Shown one piece after another: positions 52,567 through 64,000 of a stretch of 64,000 nt of DNA. The stretch covers positions 62,001 through 126,000 of the forward strand of contig JBDOQK010000038.1 of assembly GCA_040437565.1 (NCBI GenBank), in the 5' to 3' direction. A program made the position numbers and the translations under genes. Numbering within the stretch: the stretch's first letter is position 1; every line of letters begins with the position of its first letter. Source of the DNA: Albugo candida. Taxonomy: Eukaryota. Below the pieces are notes generated by a model that saw nothing but the letters and a program-made list of their open reading frames with translations, did no database searches and was not told where the DNA came from.

Positions 52567-53849
52567 TATCATAAAGGGAGAAAAGGATGTGAGAAGAGAA
52601 ATGTTATACGCCTTTCGTATCTGTAGCGAGAAGGGAATGACATCTTCGAGTGGATCCCATGGAGCAGATACCAGAACGACGACAAGTCGGTGATAAAAGC
52701 ACAATCGAAGTAGAAGAAACCTCTGCTTATGTAATATCGTCAGCATCTGATAAGTAAAATGTAAATATATTTTTTAAGAAGTAAGATCTCATATGTCTGC
52801 CCGGGCAAAAGTGTGGGTCCGAGAACTACGCTCCAGGCGGAAGAATAAAAGTGCGTGTCAGGTTTAGTTGAGAAGTATTGTGTCGTTCTATGAAGTTTGT
52901 ACTTGATGTTATTAAGTTAACACTCGTAAGTAGCACATTCAATGATCTGTTGAATCATCGGCACGATTATTGGTTAATTTACGGAAAGCAAAACCTGTTT
53001 GATTGGTTGAAAAAAGATAAATCGTAATTGTCTGATCAGATGCGTTATAAGTATCTATTGAAGTGTGATCAAACGCGTAATAAAATCAAAACCAATCGGG
53101 ACTATTATAACGAGCAGCCACATGGCCCACTGTATACAAAGTAACTCTTAAATTGGCCAAAACATCGCTTCCAAGCATCAAAGCATCGTTTCTTTTCGAA
53201 GTCGTGAATTGTGCACTGCTTTCGCTGTTAGCGCAAAGTACAATTTTGCATTCAAATTTAAACTCGCATTTTCACCAATAAGTACCCTCCAATACTCGGT
53301 AATGACCAGGAGAACTACTCTTGAGATTTAATTTGATACGCTTATAAGAAACAGGGAGTCAAAAAGTATTACAACACATTGCCTATACAATCACTGCCTG
53401 ACACTTTTGAGAATACAATTTGCAGTAGAGATGCAAGAAAAGGAAATCTCTCGCTGGTTTCTTTTTGTATCAGCAGTGTGCTTTACCGTATCATTGCGAG
53501 GTTTGCGGAGTTGTGACTACTGTCTGTTAATCATTTCGTATAAAAAGAGCTTGAAAATGAGCCACTGCATCTCACTCTGAACTTACGTCAGCCTACATAC
53601 CTAACCTTATGTCTGCTTATGGTACGTTGAATAAAAAGAAATTATCTCTGCATTGGTCTTCGACTACCGAGTATGGTGCTGTTCGAATTTCGGATGATAG
53701 AATTTATCATGAGGACGTGCGATTTTAGTTACGTCTTATTCACTGATAATTTCCTTCCCATTATATAGTTGCATTCTGAGAAGCATTGGGGTACTTTGTT
53801 CGACTCCGCAAGGTATTCTATCAGGAGAGGTATCCAAGCTCTTCTTTTG

Positions 53850-56700
53850 GATGATTTTAGGTATCGCCTTACCTAGGCCATGCCCAAAGCGTCTAATTCT
53901 GAGTGCTTTTGAATCCAGTATTTTAAGACCCTCTAACTCTGCTCCTCAATGTTTGTGGATAAGCTCGACCATTTAGCACACATGCCTGGGGCAAGATCGC
54001 GCGCGGTGCAAACGGGACTTCTACGCTCTGCGGGTAAGAAACATGATGAAGGATCTCTTGAACGGCCGGAGGCCGACCGATTGCGTCATACCTCTTCGTT
54101 TGTAAAACACTTAGTACGGCTTGCGATTTATACTTTTCAACAGAGTCGCTAGTTTTGTGTTTCGGCACTGGATGGATAGCGATGGTATCGCCGTCATGCA
54201 ACTATGATTTACGAACACAACCAAGGTTATCTGTATCAACGTCAATTTCTTGAACACGGGACGGTCATCTGAAAAGTCTGCAGCACTTACAAAACTCATC
54301 AGGAAATCGTCCAGCATTTTTGCCAGAAGCCTTTCTTCATCTTAGGAGATCGAAACGCCAAAATCGGGCAACGACGCAAAGGGTGGCTTTTCCTGAGATT
54401 ATACTCTCGCGGATACAGAAATGAAAATGCCATTCTTCGCCGACATTTATGTGGGTACAGCGACCTGTTCTTCTTAAAGACAATTTTTTAGGAACGGGCG
54501 GGCGCGATATTACAACGTGGCAAGGCATTTGCGTCCGGGCTCCAAAATTACTTGGATAGACTACATCGTGCTCCTATAATGCCCTTAGCCGCTGCTCTTC
54601 AATTCACAATCATGAAGTGGGAGGCGTGTTGAAAGTGATCATAGGCTCACAACCTCACATCTTCATCTGCCGAAATGTTTTCCAAGTACACATGAGCATC
54701 TCCTGCACGCAACCTCTGGCCCTTACATTAACATCGACCTCAGGATATACTCTATTTATACCAGAAATCGATCACGAAAGCACTTATCGCATCAGAATCT
54801 GGTGATCAGCTTGATTTCCCATCGGTACTGAATTGCCTCGAAACCATTGCAAACACCATCATTCGACCCATGATTCACAATAAGGCCCCGAATACAAAGA
54901 TGATATCGACGAGATTATTCACGCGCAAAAACGTCTTCGTGCACTGCTCACCAGCAGCAATGCACTGTCAGCGTACTGTTTTATCGATCTCGCCGAGAAG
55001 CCTTTCTGTGGACTATGCGACAAACGTGCAAGGAGGTTAACAGACTTCATTTCACCCAGCACACCTAATCGTTTGACGGCTGAGGCTACGACAGCGATCA
55101 ACTATACTTGTACGTGACCACCATAGGCGTGCCGTTCGTAAATCCGGAGAAACTGCTCAAGTCATTACGTATATCTATGTCAGACCAATTCCATAAGCCT
55201 CAAGTCAGCAAATCTCTGTTGGAAATACAGAATGGTCTCAGCCACGACTGTGGACAAAATCGTACAAGCATTTCGGTCTTTGAAAAACAATCGCGCACCA
55301 TGTGCAGATCACGTCCCAGCTGAATTACTGGAATATGGCTCCCTTGTGGTTGCCAACTACTCGCCGAAGCTATGAATCGTCATATCCAGAACCTTACCTC
55401 GTCCATGCGTGAAAGCCTTCCCATGGTGTTATTATCACCGTTTTGTAGCCTAATAAACGACGAGAAGATGCGTAAACCTTCGACAGCTCACTCCGTACCA
55501 CTCTCAAGACCATGTCCACACTCATTCTGAATCGCATCCGTGCAAAATGAATAAGTGGCTCTCACCTAACCAAGGTGGCTATCGAGTCGCTTGCAGTACA
55601 GCTGATTCGGTCTGGTTTCACCGATTGAATATAGCCTTAACGCGTCGTTTTTCAGAAAAATATGCACATTCTAGGGATTGACGTCAGCGACGCTTTTGAC
55701 CTCATGGATCGACATGAATTGCTACTCGTCCTCGACTCGATTTCGATTCAGACGAAGTCCAGGGAATAAGCGCTCCTAAACTCCGTACCCTCAAACTCCT
55801 CCTTGTCATGGAATACTGATCCACATTTGCGATTTTTGGTACATTTTAAAAAGCGATGCACTCTTCCCACCTTTGATCGTGGTATAGTTGGAAGCGGTAC
55901 TATGAGATCTATGTCACCACCTCCGTGTGTCAATGCGCGAGTTCAACATCATTTTCTTTTCAATGATGCGGATTTCATTTACCATGGCCTACTCGTTTCA
56001 AGCAATCAATTCTTGTTGCTGAGCAAGAATTTAGGCGTGCTCTTTGGCCATCGATGTCAGCAAAACTGACGGAACGACTATTGCTCGTGCAATGAACGCG
56101 ACCGACGGATGTTGGCGCACCGTTTGCAACGTGAAATCACTACTTGGCGACTCTAAAGACGTACACATCGGGAACCTCACGCAACAGCATCCTGCAAAAG
56201 GGTCTGAACTTTGCCTCCATCCTCACCTACTTCCAGATACATTACGATTTTGCATATACAATGTATATGTGCTGCGTATTCTAGTATGCAATTATGAAAC
56301 ATGGTGTAGTACAGACCGCGACATTGGTAGTCTTGAAGCGCATCACCGCCGACTTCGCCACGTCCTCCGTATCCACTATCATCCACCTGACGTGGTATCG
56401 ATGGAAGCACTTTGGTCATGTTCTTTGTCGCGTCACAGACTATTCCAGCTCAGTCGGACATTCCCCGATACTATGATTCTTCTGGAAAACGCCGCCTATT
56501 GAGGTCGTATACCCACCTACCCCAACCATTCACGACAGGATCTAAGGCTGAAGATAACTCCTAATCTTCATCTACGGATAAGAGTATATCTATACGCCTT
56601 TCCAATATTTGCAAAAGACCGGGTCAGATGGAAAGTTGTCACTTAACGTCTCTCGGCGTCAGCAAAAGCGAGAGTGGGATACAAGATCTCCATCATCGGA
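53850..56700 (+). mobile_element. Decayed RTE-like LINE, paralogue of 30190-32990
   Basis: Nucleotide collinearity throughout, e.g. GGATACAGAAATGAAAATG, GGAATTGACGTCAGC/GGGATTGACGTCAGC and ACATGGTGTAGTACAGACCGCG. Peptide NYETWCSTDRDIGSLEAHHR. Confidence 0.85.
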
Positions 56701-57434
56701 GGTTCAGCAAAATTACTTCAAGCTTTTCCTACTACCGTCGCGCGTCTTATTTGCAAAGGCACCATCCCCTGCTTCTCGATCATTAGTTCTTCATTTATTT
56801 ATTATCGGGTCTCACGATCCAATAGCATACATAAAAGATCAATAACGCCATTCTTTAGCGTTGTGCGACATGAGAGAGAACAAGAACCAGGCAAAAGCAT
56901 GTATAAGGATCACAATCTTAGCTTTTCGCAACTTCAAAACCTCCTTAGAGTATCCTCCAGTGACATTACCAGTTTTCAACTAAGGTTGATGGCTTGGGCG
57001 TTTCGGGATGATACAGTTCGCTCCACTCTACAAACCGGTCTGAAGCTCGCACACTTTGGATAGTTCCAGACCCACTCATTCGGTCTACGCTGCGTGCGAT
57101 TGGGCACGGATGGCTGGCGAGCGTTATGACGTATTGTGAGCTCAAAAGTGGATAGTTGTGTATACAGCCACGTAACCGAATCAGTTGTTTCTCGTGGTCT
57201 CATTCAGTACACTCAATCGATCCATTATGCGGTAAACGCGAGAAATTGCCATCAAACAATTGATTTAGGCAGAATGGAAAGCTGCTTCAGGTTAAGATCT
57301 ATTGTCGAAGAAAGGTTTATAAAGGAAAAGTAGTGATGTGGAGACTCAAACAGGTTAGAAATATTGAAAGAGAGAAAACTGTGCTGGCAAATGATCTCAA
57401 TTACACAATTACAACGCCTTACTTTGATCACGCA

Positions 57435-58082
57435 TCATGGACATTTCCCCGATACGCTGCCTTTGACTTCGGTGCCTATTTCGGCTTTAGTCACTCGAAC
57501 ACATTTTTTTTCGGACGCAACGAAACTGAAATACGCATATTTCGGGTCATTGGGTTTCGCATTAGCTTTCTTGCAGGGCGAACAATCTTTTATATCTTCC
57601 ACGTCACTTTGTACATCGCTGTCTTCGGGATTGTGGACAGAAAATTCAATGTCGAGAAGATGATCGCGATCAAAATGGCACACTTGATTTTTCTGCTCTG
57701 TATCAGCTGTACATTGCCCGTAGCCACAACATCCGTTCTGAGGGCAAGATTCATCAGTTTTGGAATCATCATCAGTGCAGAGACTCATATTCGAAATGAC
57801 TAAAGTAACTCCTGGACGAAATTCTGTAGGATCCGCGGCGGTCGCATTAAAAAATTTGCACATTATCGTTTTCATATTACCGGGTTCAGTGTACGCATTT
57901 GCATTAAAAAAATCTGAGTTGACGACTCTATCGCAAGTCGATTGTTGGTCAGCTTGAAGAAGCATTACAGTTTCGGGATTAATATTCTGGACTATTGCGT
58001 TTTTGATCCGTGTTAAGAGAGCCGATGCATTATGCATTAGAGCAAGAAAAACGAGGATGGATTGAACTGATTGTCTGACCAT
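57435..58082 (-). CDS. Putative secreted cysteine-rich protein, 215 aa (C2), degenerate tandem PAN/apple-like
   Basis: Start reassigned to ATG 58082 by alignment with C1 (MVRQSVQSILVFLALMHNASA) and by the Inr+FPR position. All 12 Cys conserved. Confidence 0.9.
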   Translation of the reverse strand: MVRQSVQSILVFLALMHNASALLTRIKNAIVQNINPETVMLLQADQQSTCDRVVNSDFFNANAYTEPGNMKTIMCKFFNATAADPTEFRPGVTLVISNMSLCTDDDSKTDESCPQNGCCGYGQCTADTEQKNQVCHFDRDHLLDIEFSVHNPEDSDVQSDVEDIKDCSPCKKANAKPNDPKYAYFSFVASEKKCVRVTKAEIGTEVKGSVSGKCP

Positions 58083-58096
58083 TGTTGCTTTAAAAG

Positions 58097-58113
58097 GAAA
58101 ATTGGAGAATGAG
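58097..58113 (-). promoter_or_regulatory. Oomycete Inr+FPR core promoter of C2
   Basis: Minus strand CTCATTCTCCAATTTTC, 15-30 nt upstream of the ATG. Confidence 0.75.
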
Positions 58114-59499
58114 AGAATGCTGCGTGAGTATAATGAGAATAGTGATAAATCGGTGAACATAGAGAGGGTTATAATCCAGAAAACTTGTGGTATAGAGCAC
58201 TGATTTTGTGGGTTATAAATGAAAGTGAAAGTTTGACAAATCTCCGCGTAATGACGATCCTTTGCCGGACTTTTACTAATCCATACTTAATCAAGTGGTA
58301 ATGAGGAAATGCTCTATTCAGATTAGAATTTATGATCTTTTATCGTATTCAAGCCTTTAAGAGAGGGCTACATACGGAATATTGGCAGCTGTGTTCCTTT
58401 ATAGGGCGCGCACGTAGGTGGTACTTATTTAAATCGCAAACAAAATGGCTTATCGTGCAAGAAACAGATGTGTTAAGTGTCTTTTTTACGAGTGAGAATT
58501 CCCGTTGGACACTGAATAAGTATTACATATATGCACATATGTTTTGACCGATTGACATCTTCCACCCTTTTTTCTTCACTCATTCAAGAAGAGATGTAAG
58601 AATGACGAGAAATGTACAACGCAAATGCCTTTTGTAGGCCACATTCCCTAACTATCATCCATGTACACAGCATAAACACGATAAAACGTAAGCGTAAATT
58701 AGGTTGTAGGATATCAAAGTAGATGAAGGCTCTGGTCAGCACCATATGAGTATGGAATAATTATGATTTAGTATCTCTCTATTCTATACAAGTTGCGGAC
58801 CAAAAAGACGCATGCCGAACGTGGAAGAAGGAAAGTGCGTGTCAAATTCTCACGAAAGAGCCGTAATTTTTTCTTTCTGTTAAGTTTGTACTTCATGCAA
58901 CTAAGTTCATAAGGACGATAACACATTCGATTACCTCCTTGTAATCCTGAACTCGCTTACTGGTCAATTAAGGGAAGAAAAGGATGTTTCATTGGTTTAA
59001 AACACAACTCACGAAAGAAAGCTTACCAGGTACAATGCCTTGGAACTGTTGATTGGTAAATAATTTAACTCTTTCATGAACGGGATTGGTTAAAATACTC
59101 AAATTACAACGAATAATCACACGAAAAGAGCGCATGCAGTGGCGAAAACATCAGTTCCATTTATCAGCGCATCATTTCTATATAACTCGTCCATTTATAC
59201 TGCTTTTGCTGTTGATAAGAAATACCATTTTCCATCGGGTAAGACATATAACCTCCCTTATTGACCGATCGATACTCTCCAATACTTTTTGTAAAGCTAA
59301 ACTCTTAAGATGAGATCTGTTATACGAAAGAGTCAAATGTATTACTTATTGCCATTACAAAGCATTGTTTCTGCCCCTAATGAGCATACACTTACACGAA
59401 CAATGCAGAGAACTGAAAAGCTGTTGCTTGTTCCGTTCGATATCAGCAGTGTGCACTATCGTATCATGTTAGATATATAAAATTGATCATCACTTTCTA

Positions 59500-61209
59500 T
59501 TGTTTCAAATATATGACACAGCCCACAAAGCAAAAACCTTCTGTACTAGATCGATTATACAGCAATCAACGCTTGTCTCCTGACATATATAATACCGACG
59601 CTTTCGGTGTGGAGATAGGTCGTTTGTACCCGAGTCGAAAAATTCTTAACTCGCTTTCACGACATTTAACGACTCAATCGATATGTTGCTTCACCAATTA
59701 CACCACTCGCGTTTAGAACGGAACATTTGTATCCGTACAGCAAATCAGTTCGATTCTCCACTTTGTTAACCTCAAGGCAGTCTATTCTCAGACAGAATTG
59801 CTCATGTCCCGAGAATGTTTTGCTTGCGTCACATTGAAAATTGTAATTATAAAAGTCCATAATGTCCATAGTACAGAGAGCGACACTGAAGAAGCCTCTT
59901 ACATTAAAAAACATTTCAAAACTCAAACACACGACAGTGAACGTATACACATACATCTCAGACCTTACCGACATCATTCATCACTAATACGTCTCACCAT
60001 ATCCGCCTCCTAATCCGAACGTTTTTCACGATCACGGTATCGTTTAGGCGTACTTTCTGTCGTCTCTGATATTCATCCTATACCTTGAGGAAGCGTGAAG
60101 TGACCAGATGTGCTGCAATAATTTCAGTTCACCGTCAGACAGAGCTTCTCCGATTCACATCATCGCAGTATGTTGGCGCCTTTCTGATTACAATATAGTA
60201 CAACCGGATCGATTCCCATCTCCACATCATGGTGATACGGTATTCTGAATTTCCATCCGTTTCTCCACGCTTCCGAGTCAGCATGAGTTCCAACGGCACT
60301 ATCGGATGAGAATTTCTCCGACTCAATACTTTACATTTTTTTTCTGCACCTTGAATATGACCGTCTCAAATGGCTGGAGTAATCGACATCGTAGCACAGG
60401 CTGCAGCTCACCGTTACGTATGACAGGAATTATCCAGAGTTCCATAAAAGAGTTTTGAGATTTGAGCCACCATATCAAAACTGATACTAACGCTATTGAT
60501 TGTTAGATAGCCTTGCTGCAGAAACCAGTGTATCCATTACCGTATAGTGGACACCTTCAACTATACCGTATACTAGAGACCTTCGTCTATATGCTTCCTG
60601 AGAAAACGTCAGCACCTTTGATAGTGATGGAAAGATCAGCTCGATCGAATAAACTGATGCTCAAAGATCCAATATGAAATGTACGTGGGCTTGTAGAAAT
60701 TTACCGTAGCGAATGCAAACTTCGTTTATAGGATGCCTGCCAACACGTCACACGAAGCAAAGCATGCTCAGACACGGTGTGATAGGGTTGGATTCTGAGT
60801 TTCTTTTCTTATCCTTGCTATTCAAAACCTATCGCAGAACGTGAAACTAAGCAAAAGACGTGTTTCGTTTACGCACGCCTTCAGGCTTGAACATTCCTCC
60901 TCTTATTACAACTACTTCCTCGATCTGCTTCAGCCAGTGTAGTTTATTCGCATCCCGTCTATATAAAGCGTCTGTTGCATTGGACAGCGTGGTTAGAGAA
61001 GGGACTGAAAGATATAAGCTCTTTCTAATCATATGGCGAGCTGGCTGTACGAATCGATAGAGCTGAAAATGAGTCGTTGGAGCGCTTGAGTCGTATTCTT
61101 CACCAGCCGATATGACAAATAATAATTCTTCGATTGAACAGTTTACTGAAAGTGTTATGAGTATTTCGTCTAGCACTCAGTTCCTCTCAATATGACATAG
61201 ACGAGACAA
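59500..61209 (-). mobile_element. Very old Copia-like relic (integrase/gag debris), also present in unit X
   Basis: Weak: TDGNSEY...IRLYYIV...P...VNRR (60135-60326) resembles the integrase core TDNGGEY...GI...T...P...AER. Homologous DNA flanks the younger Copia in unit X. Confidence 0.3.
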
Positions 61210-61309
61210 NNNNNNNNNNNNNNNNNNNNNNNNNNNNNNNNNNNNNNNNNNNNNNNNNNNNNNNNNNNNNNNNNNNNNNNNNNNNNNNNNNNNNNNNNNN
61301 NNNNNNNNN

Positions 61310-63453
61310 GAGGAGCCATAATAAAAAAAATATTAGAATTTTTTTTTGAAATTTCTTTTTTAACGGTTTGATTCGATAAAACGCGCAGAACCTTACCAAC
61401 TTTACTCACATATTCACTCTTATTTTAAAAATTAACCTTAAATAATGGGATTATAGAAAAATATACCAATTTGATAAATAAATAAATAAAAATATACCAA
61501 GGCAGTATACTATACGTACGGATATACATTTGCTTAGGATCATAACTAGGAAAACCCAGTTTTCGATGAAAAACCGCTGATCAATAATGCACTATGTATT
61601 AATGATAGCGAAGCATACAATTATGCGTCCCTTATCGGACAGGTCCTACGATTATGGCCAGAATTGTTGCACATTCCACATCTCGTTCGGCGCTTTTCCA
61701 TTTTCTCAGTAGCTTGTTGCGATGGAATGCGCTTCTTCTTTGGCCGGCGTTTTTTTCTCAGAATAGATAAAACGTTGCACACACCTCTTGTGAAATCATT
61801 TTTCAGCACGATAGGCATTATGTTATTGTCGGATCTCTCAGAATAGGCGGCCGCCAACGTCGATGATTTCCAGGAGTCATGCAAATACGTGACCATGTTG
61901 CGCAATCTCCTGTAATGATTCAATGCTAATAAAGCATGAATGCAAGGCGAGCAAACAAATTCCAAGTACCCACACGAGCATCACACAACTTTACCACGAA
62001 ACGGAACTGCAAAATTTAACGGAATGCCCCCCACCCCTGAGCGAATTACGAAGATGTAGTAACAGGTCGAGCATTTATCATCTTCTCCCCATCTCGCAGC
62101 GGCCATTGTTTTATCCACCTTCAGTGATGCATATGGAGTTAGTACTCACCAGCCTTTCACTTTGCTGATATTTTCAGCCCACTTGCACGCCACGTAACGT
62201 TCGATTCCCACCAAGCAGTCGATGATAGGAAGAGTCCGAACAACCTTCAGCACGCTGTTTACCGCCTCCGCGTTGTTTGCTTTTAAAGTGTTGTATATTG
62301 GAGATGGTGAGTAAGCTATTGACCAATTTTCAGGACTAACCTCTTGTAGCCACCAAAGTACTGCTGTTCAAATTGGCGATATTCGCCTTTGCCTTCTCGT
62401 AATCCACCGTTGTACGTGAACGAGCCAATATCCACGCCAAATTCTTCAACAGCTTGGACTTATATTTTGCTGAAATTTTTCATCAAATGACGGAAGCAGA
62501 AAAAATGTGGGACGTCTGGTGCCGACATAAGCATAGCTATCATAAGTCCTTTGTCTCTATCCGATATCACGAACGCAGGAGATGGCTAAAGGTGAGAGAG
62601 TAGGAACTTCAAAAACCAGCTCCGGTAACCTTCATTCTCTGCCGACACATAGCCCAACTCCGATAATTTGGATCTCGTGGTTTCCATTTCGAAAGCTCGC
62701 AACAAGGGGAATCCCACCGATTGATGTCTTCATGAATGTGCCGTCCACGGATATCCCACGCTCACTGTATGAAGTATATGCTCGAAGCCCTTTCCGGAAA
62801 TTGATAGTCAACCGCATGAATTCATCATCTACGATTTCAAGCTTGGCTTCGTAGCCTAGAATGTTTAGTGCATTCAAATAGGATGGAATGAGGCTGCATT
62901 GCTCAATATCACTTCCGTATAACTCAAGCTTCAACTTTTGAGTGATTGAGCACAGTTCATATATGTAGCTGAAATCCCTTCGTTTCTCAACTTCGTTTGT
63001 ATCATCACGGGAGTCATTTTCCTACCGGATATTATGGCCATATCTTCGATTGCAGAATTTAAAGCAATTTTTTTTGCAGTTGTATATCTGCGAGACGCCT
63101 TTGACGGTTCGGATACTTCACAGGAGTGCAAAAACAAACTTCGTTGGAGGGATGAATGTATGCGAAAAGGCAAACTGCACAACGAAGAAACAGCCATGCT
63201 GTGTGCACACTGCTTTATAACGACGTTTGTCACTTGCCACCACACGAAACGGACGGTTACATTCTCGGTTGTACTCAATTACTGCTTGAATTATATCCAA
63301 CTTATTGGCATAGCTCCTGTTCTCGAAGAAGCTGCGGCTACTTTTCTGTTCTTCGTCCTCGCTTGCCATTGAAATGTGTAATGTGTATATCCGTACGTAT
63401 AGTATGCTGCCTTGGTATAGTTTTCTATTTATTTATCAAATTGGTATTTTTTT
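61310..63453 (-). mobile_element. Mutator-like (MULE/MuDR) DNA transposon with decayed transposase
   Basis: MuDR N-terminus (RPFRVVASDKRRYKAVC), ISVDGTFMK, ISDRDKGL, SWIM-like PCIHAL and zinc knuckle RCGMCNNSGHNRRTCP. A ~70-bp inverted repeat at 61458-61528 and 63380-63453 brackets the ORF. Confidence 0.88.
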
Positions 63454-64000
63454 CGGGAATTGTTATTTCCACCACACTTTTTACTATTACACCACACCAT
63501 AACTTTTAATATCACTGGTGCACCACGCAAACCACACCACACCACAGCACTCTCGTTCGCCCGATCTCTTCGCTCTCATTCGCTCAGTCTCGCTCTCATT
63601 TTCTCTCAACCTCGCTGTTGTAACCTCTGGTACTGTTTTACCCTGTGTGAAAATTGACGCGCGGTGACTTCGACTGCTGTGCAACAGTTAATGACTGATC
63701 TGAACGCCCCACAGATCTTGAAGTGTGCTTTTAACCGGAGTCTCCAACAGAAGAGCCGAATCCAACACACAGATGGTCTTTGTGGATCGAGAAGCACTTA
63801 TAGATCATGTCAAGAAGTACGGACTGGAGACAGGTTTCGCGCTCTCAATAAAACTCGGCCAAAACGCGCACCCATTCGCGTGTGGAACTTGGTTCTGACC
63901 TTGGCGGCTCATTTCCGAAGCGCAAATCAGTCCACCTTGTTCCAGAAAAGAACCAACGTGAAAGCGGGACACGTATGACCGACTTCAAGTGGAAAGCAAT

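Larger units (their letters stand above)
52567..61209. repeat. Segmental duplication unit Y, paralogous to 28929-44900
   Basis: Collinear with unit X, lacks the Copia insertion, and begins exactly at the right end of the Tc1-like transposon. Confidence 0.9.

Noticed and set aside
1-64000. CRISPR arrays, rRNA/tRNA genes, prokaryotic operons or defence systems
   Set aside because: No regularly spaced repeat-spacer array, no recognisable structural RNA and no operon-like ORF density. The RT fragments belong to eukaryotic LINE and Copia elements.

Overview
Eukaryotic, gene-sparse and repeat-rich scaffold segment with nine 100-N gaps. It is most likely oomycete: Inr+FPR core promoters (TCATTCTCCAATTTTCC) sit just upstream of the genes, and the AT-leaning composition fits an Albugo- or downy-mildew-like biotroph (inference only). 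The core is a dispersed, co-oriented (- strand) array of six paralogous, intronless genes for ~200-220 aa secreted cysteine-rich proteins. Four are intact (9909-10532, 27776-28381, 33622-34287, 57435-58082) and two are frameshifted (698-1295, 48270-48884). They look like two degenerate PAN/apple-like modules around a CCGxxQC knot. The mature proteins diverge strongly, while a ~0.9-kb upstream non-coding cassette stays recognisable in all copies. The array grew by segmental duplications that carried decayed LINEs (L1/Tx1-like and RTE-like). Copy-specific insertions include a Copia element, a small LTR element, a TAA-flanked MITE, a Tc1/mariner-like transposon and a MULE. A near-perfect 121-bp inverted repeat adjoins an aspartic-protease-like pseudogene. 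Four exact repeats spanning N gaps are treated as assembly artefacts. All alignments and identities were done by eye, and TE boundaries without terminal repeats are approximate.
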